A stretch of DNA of 64,000 bases. Origin: Paraspadella gotoi. Its lineage: Eukaryota; Animalia; Chaetognatha. Of this stretch, positions 1 through 14,200 are shown piece after piece. Under the pieces are notes generated by a model. The model made no database searches, was not told the origin of the DNA, and saw nothing but the letters and a program-made list of their open reading frames with translations. The stretch spans positions 5,749,621 through 5,813,620 of the forward strand of contig CM119264.1 of assembly GCA_051294375.1 (NCBI GenBank), given 5' to 3'. Both the position numbers and the translations under genes were made by a program. Every line of letters begins with the position of its first letter. The stretch's first letter is position 1.

Positions 1-139
1 ATATCGGTCTTTAGTATATATATAGTACTATACTATAATAATACAAACATCATTCTGTTCACTATTGTCAACCCCTCAATCATCATTTCATTAACCGTGT
101 CGTGTAGTGGTAGTATTTCATACCCCACTACTCGTCCGA

Positions 140-304
140 GAATCAGCAGCACCTATTCCGCCGGAGGTAGCACGAGCTCCTCTCAACCCAAAGGACTCGG
201 GTTCGCGCCCTGCTGATTCACACCTGTCGTGTCGGACTACAGCCCGATACGAAGTTCGGGACCTTGTGTGCAAGAGACGGTAAACTGCTCGCGGCATCGT
301 CTTC
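140..304 (+). mobile_element. Probable tRNA-derived SINE
   Basis: tRNA-like head closed by GAATCAGCAG(140)/CTGCTGATTC(219), with a B-box-like GGTTCGCGCCC. The 3' part (251-304) recurs as a diverged copy at 26470-26522. Confidence 0.55.
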
Positions 305-439
305 TAAAGTCGCCATCTTTTTTCCATCGCTTAGTTTACCTTTGTCAATCAACTGAATACTAACAATTTGTTGTCATCTATTCTCCTTACTATGAAATTA
401 AAATGACAATCAGTAAACATAAGCTGTATTTTTTTCGCT

Positions 440-642
440 CAATCCATCCACCTCTGTTCCCATCTCTACCTTTCTCGTCCCCAAGCCCATCCTCTCCACC
501 CATCTCTACCTCTCTTTCCCCACCCATCCTCTCCCCCCCCCCATCTTTACCCTCTCTCCCCAGCCATCCTCCACCCATCTCTACCTCTCTCTCCCAGCCC
601 ATCCTCTCCCCCCATCTCTACCCTCTCTCTCCCCCATCTCCT
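440..642. repeat. Pyrimidine-rich degenerate (CCCATCTCT)n-like array
   Basis: Repeated cccatc(c/t)tct units. Related arrays occur at 20470-20558, 21300-21440 (reverse) and 23750-23980. Confidence 0.7.
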
Positions 643-994
643 CCGGACGAGAGCACCCTTTCGGCCTTGAACAAAGGCTTAAGAGGCGCGGAAACCGGGA
701 CCACCATTCTCCTTCTTATTCTCCCTCTTTCTCTTCTTCTTCTTTTTATTTTCTCTTTAATCTCCTGCTTTTTCTCCTTCTCTCGTCGGATGAAGATCAC
801 CACGAGGACGACGATGATGAAGACGATGTCGTTGTTGATGATGATGATGATGATGATGATGACGACGATGATGAGAAGGATTGGTATATGAAGATTTTCA
901 GGCTGTTAATAAAATTATTTTTTTTGTTCGTTTGAACTTACTTATGCAATACGGCACATTTGTTTTCTGGACAGGATTTTCAGTCTCTCTCTCT

Positions 995-1039
<45 letters not shown>

Positions 1040-1165
1040 CCATGTTTAAAAGGAATCTGATCAACAATGCGGGAGACAGAGCGACGCGGTTTTATGGAAA
1101 ACGCAACGGGAAATGACGTCACGTAATATTTCTATCGCGTAAACAATGAAGAAAGAAGAAACAAG

Positions 1166-1199
<34 letters not shown>

Positions 1200-1854
1200 T
1201 TATTCAAAACTTGATAAATTGAATAAAAAATGTTTTCGGGCCACGCCTAATAAAGTTTTCGGCCCCAGGTGTAATTTTTGATTCTAATGAAAAATCTCAC
1301 AGGTGTGTGTGAATTGTTCACGACCGCTAGACACTCACGGGTGCCGCCAGTCGAGACCATCACCTGCTAATCCTGGTTAAGCCGAGTTAAGCCGCCTGAA
1401 AAGCCTGATGCTTGACCGATGAGACAAGATGAGCCCTTGTCGAAACTTTTGAAATTGTCTGCGATATTTCACGAATCTCACACCTTTTGTTTCACAAATT
1501 TTAAACCTTTTACAAAAATAAACAATACAAAATTCGATTTTAAATAAAACCTTAAATCTAAATCTCCCAAATCTTTCAAAAATATTAAAAATCAAATCGA
1601 AACTGAAAAAAATCTCCTTTTCACATTTTTTTCTCGACGATGAATCAAAAATCCTTTGCACGTCGGAGACGGAAATCTCAATCTTTTCCACGTCAACGAC
1701 GCAAATCTCAAATCCGTCGACACGCGGAGATATTGAGGGATGTTGGCGGGGTGGAGGGTGGGTTGTTATGGAAGGGTCGAGTCGGGTGGGGTGTAGAAGG
1801 GAACTGTGAAGACCGAAAAGGGACTTTTACGAGCGAAGGGGTTAAGGGAAAAAG

Positions 1855-2185
1855 ACTGGAGAAAGAGGAAGACTGAGAAGGAGACTGGGAAAGAGACAGT
1901 TGATAGAGGAAGACTGAGAAGGAGACTTGGAAGGAGACTGGGAAAGAGACTGGGAAGGAGACTGGGAAGGAGATAGTTGATAGAGGAAGACTGAAAGGGA
2001 GACTATGAATGAGATTAGAAAAGAGATTACGAAGGAGACAGTCGAGAGAGGAAGACTGAAAGGGAGACTCTGAATGAGATTAGAAAAGAGATTAGGAAGA
2101 AGACAGTCGAGAGAGGAAGACTGAGAAGGAAAATGGGAAGCAGACTGAGATGGTGGCTAGGGAGGAGACTGTTAAGAGAGGAAGA
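1855..2185. repeat. Degenerate purine-rich minisatellite (GGAAGGAGACTG-like)
   Basis: Many tandem gagactgggaa / gaggaagactga units. Confidence 0.75.
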
Positions 2186-2277
2186 CCCGTTGAAAAGACC
2201 TCGGTCCGATAAGACTCGATCTTCGACTGGGGAATTCCTTGACGAGACGTTACGCCCCATGAGGCAGTGAACGCTTT

Positions 2278-2410
2278 CTTCCCTATGGATTAGAATTCTT
2301 TTACCACTTGCAGCATTAGATTCTTTATTCTCCGTGGATTAGAATGCTTTTAACCCTTGATGCGCAACATGCTTATTTCCCCGTGGATTAGAATGCTTCT
2401 TTCCTTTTAA
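2278..2410. repeat. ~50-bp tandem repeat, about 3 copies
   Basis: TGGATTAGAAT recurs at ~2287, ~2335 and ~2384 with similar flanks. Confidence 0.65.
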
Positions 2411-3262
2411 GCCATTAATACTTTCATCAGCAGTTAACATAGATTAGTATAAATATTTGGATTAAAATGAATTTGCTCCTTTGAAGTTTGAACACTCTTG
2501 AAATTGTAGAATGCTGGATGATTTTCTCACGCGGAAAATCAATCATGCTTTTCCCCTTATGGGAATAAATCGTTAAGAGATAATTTTTTTCGGGATAATT
2601 TTAAATATTGGGCAAAGTATAAGTAAAACTAAAATTCTATCTCTCATTGAAATATCGAAATCTTACTTTGAGGTTAAAAACCTTAAACCCTTCAAAAGCG
2701 TTAATCGCTTCATATCACCCCCAGGGGTATTTCAGCTTTAAAAGCTTCCTACCCCCGGGGGCGGTGAGAGCCTTCCCTCCCCCTGTGGCCTAGAACGCTT
2801 ACATTTAGACAATGAAAATGGATTATTCAGTTCGGACGCAGCAGGAGACAAATGAAAGAAACAAACATGGGATGAGCGAACGAGAGAGAGAGAAAAGATC
2901 AAATATAAAGACGGGATCGAGAAAGGCGGCTGCAGCTGCGGTGGCGGCGGCTGAAGTGCGGCTGCTGAAAAGATAAAAGTCAGGCTGCGGACATCTCGGT
3001 CATTTTGATATTTGTTATACCGTTGTTTTTTTATTTTTTTAAAAATTTTTAATCCTCCCAAGAGCGCAGGAAATAGAAATAAAAGGAAAAGAAAAAGAAA
3101 AGGAGAAAGGCGAAAGGCGAAAGGAAAAGGAGAGAAAGAAAAAAGTTGGAAAAAGTAAAGGAAAGAAGGGAAAAGGAGCGGTGGAGCACGCCCTGTGTTT
3201 TTTCGCGAAAATCATCTCACAAATCGAATCAGCATCGAATGGTCGGGGATCTCCTATGACAA

Positions 3263-3310
<48 letters not shown>

Positions 3311-3483
3311 AGAGAGAGAGAGAGAGGATTTGAAAGGGATGAAAATGTCATGGAGATGAATTCCAATAATTTTAAGACCCAAAGTTCGAAGTCACTCGAA
3401 CTTTTTCCGTGACAGTTTCTCGTTGTGAAGAGAACTTCTTTCACTTTCTCGAAACGAATTCGGTCAGGAATTGACGTTCGTCA

Positions 3484-3530
3484 CTTTACGTAAAGATATC
3501 ACGTGAAAAGTCGGTCGAGTGTCACGTGAT
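3484..3530. promoter_or_regulatory. Cluster of palindromic bZIP/bHLH-type sites
   Basis: CTTTACGTAAAG palindrome plus two TCACGTGA E-boxes within ~45 bp. Motif match only. Confidence 0.3.
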
Positions 3531-5070
3531 GTCCGCGAACATCATTGCAATCGACTCAGTTTTCGCAAAGTATCTTGTTTAATGTTTATTATCTCTAAAT
3601 GAACCCAACGTTTTCAACTAAACTGTATAACGATTTTTCTAATCATCTGTAAATCATCTGCGACGTCGATTTTTTCTCGTCGGTGAGAGAAAAATAAGAA
3701 ATTTAGGACAAAAACTTTTCCTTCGTCCTTTTTTTTCCTGTTTTTTTTTCTTTGTTTTTTTTAATGTTTTATCTCTTTTTCCATCTTTTTTTAATTTTTT
3801 TTCAAATTATTTTTCTTCCTTTAATTTTCTCCTTTTTTTTGGTTTCATAAATTTTATTCTCAGATTCTCTCCATTTTTTTTCGTTTCATCTTCACTTTCA
3901 ATATTTTCTTTAGTTATTTCNNNNNNNNNNTCTCTCCATTTTTTTTTCGTTTCCTCTTCACTTTCAATATTTTCTTAATTTATTTCTCCTTTTCTTTCTT
4001 TCCATTTTCCGACTATTTTCCTCTCTTCCTTTTTATCTTTTCGTATTCTTTTTTCCTACCTTCATTTTTTTTTACCTCTCCATATAATTTTCTTTTCTTT
4101 TCTCTTTCCTCCTTTCCTCCCTCCTCTCTCTTCCTTCTTTCTTTTCCTTCATCTCTCCTTTTTTTTTCCTCTGATAAATTACGGAGGTGAAAGAAGATGG
4201 CGGAAAATTTCCGATAAAGGGAAAGCGAAAGCTAATTAATTAGTTTTCTTCTCCCTTTCATCTTTTTTCTCCCTTTCATTTTCTGCCCACCTTCGTCCTT
4301 TTTCATAATTTATAATTTTCGTATTTTCTTTCTTTTTTTTTTTAGACTTTCTCATTTCGACTCTTTAGATCGAATGGCTCTGAACCATCTTTTCGATCAA
4401 TGAAGTTTTCGTATTTAATGTTCATATTTAATTACTTTTCGCACTTTTACCTTTTTTCCTCCTCCCCGCCATATTTCTCCTTTTCCGTTTCACGCTCCTC
4501 CTCCTCTTCCTCCTCCTCTTCTTCCTCCTCTCACCCTTCCTCCCGCTCAAAAGAAAAAAAAAGCCCATGAAGATAAAATGAAGCGAAAAGGAAGATTCTC
4601 GTTCGCCCATCGCTTAAGGGGATCCTCATGAATTTATGGGCATAACGAGAATAGTATTCATTTTCCATTTGAAAAGAAACCTCATTTTTTTATCGCTTTT
4701 ATCGAATCGCTCTTCTTTGCCTCTTTGGAGGGAAAACAAACTTGAAACTGACTAATGAAAGAGCGAATCTTTTTCTTTTTCTCTATAGAGAATTCAACAA
4801 TAAACATATACAGAGTTTCTTTAAATGAAAAAAAACGTTAATGAATGTAGGTCCCTTTTCTTGCAAAAGTGGCCTACAATAAACAATCTAAACAATCTAT
4901 GACGTAGCCACGTGCTTTCACTAAAGAGTCAATATCGATGATTACAATTTAAATCAATGAAATCGAGACAGGACATTTCAAACTAGTATAGATTTTTTTT
5001 AAAAAATCTTTAAATTTGAAGATGGAGAAGAGAGAAAATTCGACAAAAGACTGAGTAAGGTTGAACTCAC

Positions 5071-5091
5071 CGATATTGATCGCAGCATCAT
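5071..5091 (-). CDS. Candidate first coding micro-exon (MMLRSIS) of a leftward gene
   Basis: AAA-ATG ATG CTG CGA TCA ATA TCG followed by a consensus GTGAGT donor. GC-box-rich segment upstream at ~5930-6045. No downstream exon confidently found. Confidence 0.35.
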
Positions 5092-5193
5092 TTTCGCCGA
5101 TGAAGAGTCCAGATCCACTTTCTTTATTTTTCTTTTTTTTTTTATCCCTCTAAGATTAAAGTCTCAGTTTTTGTTAGATTTCCTTAAACTTGC

Positions 5194-5225
<32 letters not shown>

Positions 5226-6452
5226 GGTAAAGCGATAAGCCGATATACTAAGGGTTGATCGATCCCGATCTCTGCTCACAAATCCAATTCGCCTTTTTTT
5301 TCGTTTTAAATGTTGTCGATTTTTTTTCTCCTTTTTTTTAGGGGGGAGGGTTTAGATTTTTCCTTTTCCTTTGCTTTTTTTTAATTAACCCGAAATCTTT
5401 GTTTGTTTGTGTATAGAATTTTTCTTTTGATTAAATATCGGTATTCCGTCCGTAAGAGAGAAAAAAAAAGAAGAGAAAAAAGACAAAATAAACAATAATG
5501 TATTTCTTCGCCGCAGGAGTTTGAAATTGAAGCGGTTGTTTTCAGCTGCCCTTGACCTGCCCTTGACCTGACCTGTTTTGTTTTTTATTTATTTTTATTT
5601 TTTTTCAGTTAAACTTTACTATCGTCCTTTTTTTTTTCTTATAGACGTCGTCGTCGTTTTTCTTGGCGCTTTTTTTTTTGTTGGCTTCTTTGTTTCGTTG
5701 TGATTACGGTGGCGGTGGCGGTGGTGGTAGTGGTAGTGGTAGTGGTAGTGGTGGTAGTTATGCCACTGATGCCGATCGCCTCTCGTCAAACGTCCCCGAG
5801 TCTTCGAATCGAAATCGAGGCGTCGACATGGAAATCGTAAACGAAAGCGAGGCTTCTACGGATTTCGATAAAAACAAAAAGACACTCGCTTCTTCGTCGC
5901 TATGGCGACTGACGGTTCGAGCGTGGGCTAATAATCGGGCGAGACGTAGAGGGAAGGGGGTTGGGGCGAAATGGGTGGGCGCCTCTAATCGTCGATCGAA
6001 GCGAGATGGCGGAGTTGGGCGGTTGGATGAGTTATTTAAACGCCGTTAGGCATTGCAGATAGTGGTTGTTCTTGTCGTAGATGTTGTTGTTGTTATTCTT
6101 CATATGGGTCGAAGTTTGATGTAGCTAGTTAATTACTCTGGAACAAAAATTTTAAGGGTTATCAACAAAACATCAATAACTGTCAGGTTTAATCAAAAAG
6201 TAAAATATATTTCCGATAGCGAGATGAAGTAGAATTGGATTCTGAGGAGAGGGTTGTCTGTCCTTCGGCCAATAAGAGAACGAAAAGGGACTTTTCTTGA
6301 CCAATCAGGGACCGAAAGAGAAACCGCGAAACGAGCGAAAACCCATCGAGGGGAGAAACGAGAGAAATGGATCTCATTAACTGAGTCGTGTTTGTTCCGA
6401 GAATTCGGTGGGGCGCCTCTCTCTCTCTCATCTCTCTCTCTCTCTTTCTCTC

Positions 6453-6507
<55 letters not shown>

Positions 6508-6815
6508 CTCCTCTTTTCTTCTCTTCTTCTCTTCTCTCTCTCTCTCCTCCTCTCTCTCTCTCTCATCTCTCTCTCTCTCTCAAATGAGATAGCAAGTATG
6601 TCATAAGATGTCCAAATGTAAGCCTTCATTACTTAAACGTTCACGCTTTTACAATAAGTTTTAGTCAGTTTAAACATTTTTTTTTTTTTTTTTTATATCT
6701 TAAAAACTCGCATCAGATTTATCTAAGTCGCTTTTAAAGGCCTAACTCATGCCTAAAGCCCCACTCAGATTCAATGTTCAATGTTCAATGTTCTCTCCTC
6801 GCTCTCTCTCACGAT

Positions 6816-6856
<41 letters not shown>

Positions 6857-7084
6857 CTCTCCTCTCTCTCGCCTCTCTCTCAATTCTCTCTCTCGCCTCG
6901 CTCTCTCTCTGGCGAATGCCCGTCGGAGGATCTCGATTCCAAATCGGATGTGAAGACCGCTGATGATCGTCTCTCCTCCATTGAGGCAGCAGAAAGAAAA
7001 GAGAGAAAATTCCTTTTTTTTTTCTTTTTTCGTCTTTCTGATATCACGACGTTCCGATGTCTCATTGTCTCACGCAGTCTAGTG

Positions 7085-7492
7085 AAATGCGATGCAAGTT
7101 GAGTCCATGCCATCATGCATTAGACTATGGACTCAGCGATGCATCAGACTTTGCAAGAAGCGGTACGTATGTTGAAGAAACATTAAAGAAATGCTTCAGA
7201 ACTTAAATACAAAAAGCAATATTTTGGATGATGCTCTAAAGGACGCGCCAGGTTTGGCCATATGAGATGTTTTACGTGATGCACCAAGCAATGCCTGAGA
7301 CTTTGCACTAAGCGATTCAGCAGACTCTGCCTTAAATATTAACAATCATTATGCATCATGCTTAACATTTAGCGATGTTTCGTGCTATACTTGGAACACA
7401 GCATAAAGGAATGTGAAGCGATATTTTGAGCCTTGCATTGAGCGATGCATGAAACTTTGCACAAAGCGATGGACTGCCTTGACGACTGCGAT
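7085..7492. repeat. Degenerate ~24-bp minisatellite (AGCGATGCATCAGACTTTGCACTA-like)
   Basis: Recurring agcgatgcat/gactttgca units at ~24-nt spacing. Confidence 0.65.
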
Positions 7493-7607
7493 ATTTTCTT
7501 TCCTTTCCTCCGCGGAATAAGTCGAGATTCGTTGGGGAGGACGAAGAAGAAAAACCAAAACATGGAATAAGAAATGAGGGATAAAAGATATGGAGACTCA
7601 GAAATTG

Positions 7608-7645
<38 letters not shown>

Positions 7646-7647
7646 CG

Positions 7648-7719
<72 letters not shown>

Positions 7720-8479
7720 CATTACTTTTCTGTCTCCATGCTCCCTCTTCTCACATTGCACATTTACCACACAAACCAGCACCACATATGCTGTCTAGTT
7801 TTCTACGGACGCTTTGCTCTTTCAAAATCGAGGCTCGATACGCTAAAGTCCCAAAACATATTAACACATTCATCTTCGGTGAATTGAAGTCATCAAACTT
7901 CAATCACCATTTTCATCGGTGAGCGAATCACTAGACTCTTTCACCCACCACGACACCGCCGCTCAGACATGCGCGATGCAGACGTGCGCGTGGCCGACTC
8001 TCGAGCAGGCGAAGACAGACCCAGTTAACCCTTCGCTCACTTTCCGCAAGACCATGAAGTCCATGCCCAAATACGACCGACAACTCAACCCCGCAGGATT
8101 TCTCCCATAGTCTCGTCTGGTTTCGACTAAAATATCCTAAAATTATCTTTTACCGGCGAACCGCGTGTTTCCTCCATCGCTTCTTTCTCTTCCTTTTAAG
8201 CTCGCATGCGGTCTGAGATAATTGAGCGCCCTCTCATTCTCCTTTCCTAGCGATACCTCTTCTCTCTCTCTCCTCCCCAATCGCCTTCAGTTTCGTAATT
8301 GATTTTTTTTATCCTTTGCAAGAAAAGCGCGCTAAAGATTTAACGTCCGGCGATCAACTTAATTCTTCCTTTCTTTTCTACTTCCCCTTCTTTTCTTCTT
8401 TTTCTCTCTTTTTTCTCCTTTTTTCCTTTTTCTCCTTTTTTCTCCTTTTTCTTCCTTTTTCTTTTCTCTCATTTTTCTG

Positions 8480-9160
8480 TGTTGACTTTTTTTCTTCAAA
8501 CTTACTTTGTTGTTGTTGTTGTCTTTTTTTCCTTTTCGCCTCAGTGAGCAAAAAACATGTTCAGTGCCTGACTCAAGCCTTTATCAGTTTAGAACAGTTG
8601 TATGTAAATTAAAACTTTTACAAACTTTAAAAAAAAAAACCCTTAAACTTAGCTTTCTTTTGATGCAAAGATGACCAAAAATATAATAGGATAATAAATG
8701 ACCTCCAGCAAAATTTTTATCGTTTTTTTTATTGTTTTCTCTTTCGTCTTACTATTACTCTAGATATTAACATATCTAATAGGAGTTTAAATAATTTTTT
8801 TTTGCTTTTTCCNNNNNNNNNNNNNNNNNNNNNNNNNGGTTGACTTTTTTTCTTCAAACTTACTTTGTTGTTGTTGTTGTCTTTTTTTCCTTTTCGTTCT
8901 CAGTGAGCAAAAAACATGTTCAGTGCCTGACTCAAGCCTTTATCAGTTAAGACAGTTGTATGTAAATTAAAACTTTTACAAATTTAAAAAAAAACCCTTA
9001 AACTTAGCTTTCTTTTGATGCAAAGATGACCAAAAATATAATAGGATAATAAATGACCTCCAGCAAAATTTTTATCGTTTTTTTTATTGTTTTCTCTTTC
9101 GTCTTACTATTACTCTAGATATTAACATATCTAATATGAGTTTAAATAATTTTTTTTGTT
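8480..9160. repeat. ~330-bp near-identical direct duplication across an N-gap
   Basis: 8480-8812 is repeated at 8839-9160 on the other side of the gap at 8813-8837; probably a contig-end overlap. Confidence 0.85.
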
Positions 9161-9397
9161 TTTCTTCGTTTCTTTCTTCTCTTTTTTTTTCTTCTCTTTT
9201 TTTCTTTCCTTTTTCTCTTTTTTTCTCTGTTTTTCTTTGCTGTGTTTTTGTTCCCTTCTATTTGTTTATATTCACGTTCTTTCTTTTCACGTGGAGTCTC
9301 TTGTAGATTTCCTTCTCGTCACCCGTAGTTTACATTCGAAAGTGCCGTCCATTTACCTTTTGTTTTTTCGATTTCCCGCCGATTTAGAAACGATTAC

Positions 9398-9470
<73 letters not shown>

Positions 9471-11114
9471 CTCTTCTCTCCTCTCTCTCTTCTTCTCTCT
9501 CTCTTACAGACCGTGTGTACCGGGATGATAATCCTCGCTGTAATAACCCATAGCCTCCGGTTCCGCGCAATAAAACGAAATCAGTTGTAAACCACTTCTG
9601 AATTCCAGAAAAGGAACGAAAGGCTCTCACTGTACGTCGACCAAAATAACTCGGTCTTGGAATGAAAGGAACTTCGGCTCTCTCTCTCTTCCTCTCCTCT
9701 CTCTCTCTCAGGCTTCCCCTCGATCCGACTCCATCGCATTTTGTTTTCCATCTCCTGCAATTTTCTTCGCCGAGATTTTACTGACCTCATATCTCGTTTC
9801 TCGCTTTTCAATTCCAGATTTCTTTTCTTTCATCGCCGCACGAGGCGCCGTTGTTGCCTTTCGCCGCGTTATTGTAATTTATTACGAAGGACATGGAAAA
9901 CACAGTGATGCGCGCGGGACAAAGCGGAAGACGAGGGGCGTCCCTCTTCCGCTTTGTCCCGCGCGAATCACTTTCATTTTTTATTCCAGAGTTTAAACGA
10001 TTTACAAATTTGTACAACCAGAACCAATTTTAAAAAATATTCAATAAAATTCAGGTCTCTGAATTTGAGCAGAAAATTGTGAGTAAAACCTCATTCCCTT
10101 CCACAAAGTTATTCTGCGTGCCTTCAATCAAGACTCGATTACCCTCTCGCTTATCAACTTAGCTTCCCTATCTATGAAGTGTTATGTTATATAATATGGT
10201 AACGTTGATTTTCGTTCTCTGTTCGCCGCTGAAAAGTATCAACCATCAGGTTTGATTAATTATTATATTTTTTTTCTTCTAATCTGTCAGTTTATTTAGT
10301 TTAAAATTGATAATAATTAATGTCGACGTCATTATGTAAGAAACTCTAGTAATACTTTTGATTGTCATCAATGAATACGTCATAACCGTTGTCGATTCCG
10401 TTGCAATAATCCTTGTCCTCGAGTCGTTTAATCGTTGTTGTCATTGTCGTCGCCATCGTCGTTGTCATCGTCGTCGCGACGTCTTTCGTTGGTTTTCTTT
10501 TATCCCTGATTATTTCGTCGACGAACGAACGAACGACGACGAACTCTCGCATGAGGAGAAATCGGGAAGACTTTATTAAAATAAAATATATAAATATATT
10601 AAAAATGTATAAATGAATAAATTATTTTCATACAAATCTTTCATACAAATAACCCAGATGCCTCTCCGGAACAAAGACGCAGTTCGGGTAAGTGTCTGGT
10701 CACAAAACTGAAACCCTTCCCTCCTAAAAAATACAGCAACTGCAAGAACCAAGGCTGACCTTGCTTTTTTTTATAAACTGGGAGGCAACAAGCTCAGCGA
10801 TAAGCCGTCCACTGGAGATCTCTGCTTTTCCTTCTTCACTTTCGTTTTTTTCCCTCTCTGTCTTTCTCTCTGTGTCTCCCTCTCTGTCTCTCTCTCTCTG
10901 TCTCCCTCTCTGTCTCCCTCTCTGTCTCCCTGTCTCTCTCTCTGTCTCTCCGTCATTTTTTCTCTCTCCTTTCTCTCTTCTCCCTCTCCCTCTCCCCATC
11001 GCTCGCCTTCATTCATTTGTTCCGCTAATCCTCGGTCATTTATTTTGCCACGTTGCCTGGAGACCGAAAGGGAGAGGAAGAGGAGGGAGGGGGAGAAGAG
11101 AGAGAGAGGAGAGG

Positions 11115-11153
<39 letters not shown>

Positions 11154-11214
11154 TGGTCATCATTTTCTAATCTCTCTTTCTCTCTCTCGCTATTTATCTC
11201 TCTTCTACTCTCTT

Positions 11215-11250
<36 letters not shown>

Positions 11251-11289
11251 NNNNNNNNNNNNNNNNNNNNNNNNNCAAAAAGAAAATAA

Positions 11290-14200
11290 CGCATTAAAAA
11301 TATTGTGCTGAGGTTCAATTAAATATACATCTATTTTTATTATCTTGTTTTTGGTCATTCTTTTTGGCATCAAAAGATAAGCCTAAGTATTGGTTAAGTG
11401 TGGTTTTTTTTTTCTTCTTATCGAGTTTGTACAATTACAGGTTTTTAATTAATTTACTTACCATACAAACTGAGTTCTAATACTGATAAAAGGTTGAGTC
11501 AGTGCACTGAACAATCGATATTTCTTTAAAATGTTGAGTCTTTTAACATACAAAAATCTGAGACTGATAAAGGAAAAAAAGTACAAACTAACATAATAAC
11601 AAAGTAAAGTTTTGTTTTTGCGTTGTAAGTAAAAATAAATCGTCACTAACATCTTAAAAATCGAGGAAGAAAGTAAGGAGTAGAAAAAAGTCGTGAGTAA
11701 ATAATCGGAGAAAAAGCTCTACTGGAAGAAAGAAAGCGAAAGGAGAAAATTAAGGAGACAATATTTAAAGGTGTTATAAAAACGTGCTGTAAAATAGGAG
11801 AAAAAGGAGAGAAACAAGAAGAAAAAGAAAGGAAATAGTAGAAAACTGTAATAAAGCGTAAAGAATTAAGTTGATCGTCGGACGTCTTATACCATAATTC
11901 TTTAGCCGCGCCTTTCTCTTTTTCTTTGCTTAATTAGTGTCCAAATTCACTAGAAAAAATATCAAATTTCTTACGTGTATAATCTGGCGCGATGGCGAAT
12001 GTTGGGGAGATAGTAGTAGAGATAGAGAGTGGGTTCGGGAGTGGCGCTGTCGTATTAGTAGTGTAGATGTTGAAGTATGTCGAGGTAGTCACGTTTATGA
12101 TCTGTTTCATGTGGAAAGTCTTCTATTGTTAAGGAGAGAAGAGAGATGAGATTGCGCTCATCGGTCACCGTAGATTTACAATTCGAAAGGACCAGCAGTG
12201 CACAGTTAGAAGCACGGAGACGAGAGAGATGGTGTGGGATATGGGTGTATAAGTAGTCGTTAGCTAGTAATCGCTCAACTTTCGATCGAGACAAATGGTG
12301 ACTTGGAGTTGATGACTTCCAATGTAATTTATATAATGTTTCAGGGACTTTGGGTATTAAGAGCCTCGATTTGGAAAGAGCAAAAAGATAATAGCGTAGA
12401 TAACTAGACATAGCAAATGGTGTTAGTGCGCTGTTCTATCTCGGTCGTGAAATGTGGCAATGTGAGAGAGATCGAGTCTCATAACGATGCGGAGAGTCAG
12501 AGTACTCTGACTCGGCTACTCGTCTAGCTCACTCGCCTACAATGACTGTAACGTAGAGCGTACTCTCAGTTCTCAGAGAGAGAGTACTGATCGGTCCTTC
12601 CCCTCGATCCGCACTCCCACGCATTTGTTTCTCCATCTCCTGCAATTTTCTTCGCCGGATTTTACTGAACCCTCATATCTCGTTTCTCGCTCTTCTCAAT
12701 CTTCCTTCTAAGCTTATCAAACTCGTTGTGTTACTCGTAGGTTCACAGTATCACAGCCGCTCACGCTAGCGGCGCCTAGAGTAATGTCTGCCATGTCCTC
12801 GGGTCGCTGACAATAAAATCGTAAATCCTATAAGGGTTGGGGGGGTGTAAGACGAAGGACTCCACTGGACAAAACTCTGAACTATGCCAGATAAAGCGGA
12901 AACCGCGGGACAAAAGAGGAAGACACGCAAGGGCCTCTCTCCTCTTCCGACTTACGTGCCTACGCCGCGACATCACTTCTCGCATTTGTACCTATCTAAA
13001 CCAGAGTAAATTAAACGAATTACAAAATTGTAACCTCGAGTTACCCATGTAAGGAAGGACACAAAGTGAATTTAAAAAAATATTCGAGAGCTTCACATCA
13101 CTATCTCTAGCCTCTCTGAATTTGGAGCAGAAAATTGGGTAAGTAAATCCTCAATCCCTTCCACAAATTATTCTGGCGTGCCTTCAATCAAGACTCGATT
13201 TAACCTCTCGCTTATCAACTTAGCTTCCCTATTCTTGAAGTGTTAATGTCTACTTACTATATATGGCTAACGTTGATTTTCGTTCATCTGTTTCGTCCGC
13301 TGAAAAGTATCAACATTCAGGCTTTGATTATACCTTTATTAATTTTTTTCTCTACCATCTGTCAGTTTCTACTCTTAGTTTTTAAATTGATACACAATTA
13401 ATCGTCGACAGTCATTATCTGTACAGAAACTCTAGTAATTCTCTACTCTCTTCTGATTCCGCTACTTATCAATGTAATAGGAAGGGTGGCGCGCGGCAGG
13501 GGTGGTTGGGGAGGGTCGGGGTGTCTAGCTCATAAACCGCGCGTCTGTTCAATGTATTCTCGTATTTCTACTAAGTTATATTCGGCTTTGTTCTCTTCTC
13601 GCGCTAGTCTCCGTCTCTTAATCGCTCCTATGTACGAGTATCGTTCTCGTGCGAGCGCTCTATCGTCCGCCGTTGAGGTATGCGATCGAGTACGCAGAGA
13701 GACGTCTTTTACGTTCGTGCGAGTTTCTCCTTTGATCACTAGGTCAGTTTTTTCGTCGAACTGACGAGCGAACGAGCAAAGGTACTGATCATATATCTCC
13801 ATGCAGAGCCTCCAATCGAGGTGCAAGATCATAATATTAAAATACTCAGAGAACTTATATCACACATATAATCCTTTAATGTACAATGATGTAAACTTGT
13901 AGTTTCATCACACAAAAGTCTTATCAATGACAACGAAATGAAACCAGAACACCTCTCACAATCAAAGACCGCATGAATAATCGGGAAAGGTCAATTGTGT
14001 CGGTGGTCAACAAACTCGAATAACACCCTGTTCCTCCTAAAATAATTTATAGCAGCAACTGCAAGAACCCAAGCGAGATCCTCTTGCGCTTTAGTTTGTC
14101 TTTAATAAAAACTGGTACGGCATACAAGGCCTACTAGTCGACGATAAGGCCAGTTCTCACCGGAGATCCCTCACGTCTTAATACCACTATCTTCACTTCA

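Noticed and set aside
1855-2410. Repeat arrays as possible CRISPR
   Set aside because: Degenerate tandem units without unique constant-length spacers, in a eukaryotic context with no cas genes.
7790-8110. GC-richer, coding-looking segment (ORFs 7590-7922 and 7919-8110)
   Set aside because: No recognisable protein motif and no consistent multi-exon model could be built.
8480-9160. Tandem duplication as a biological event
   Set aside because: Near-identical copies sit exactly either side of an N-gap, typical of unmerged contig ends.
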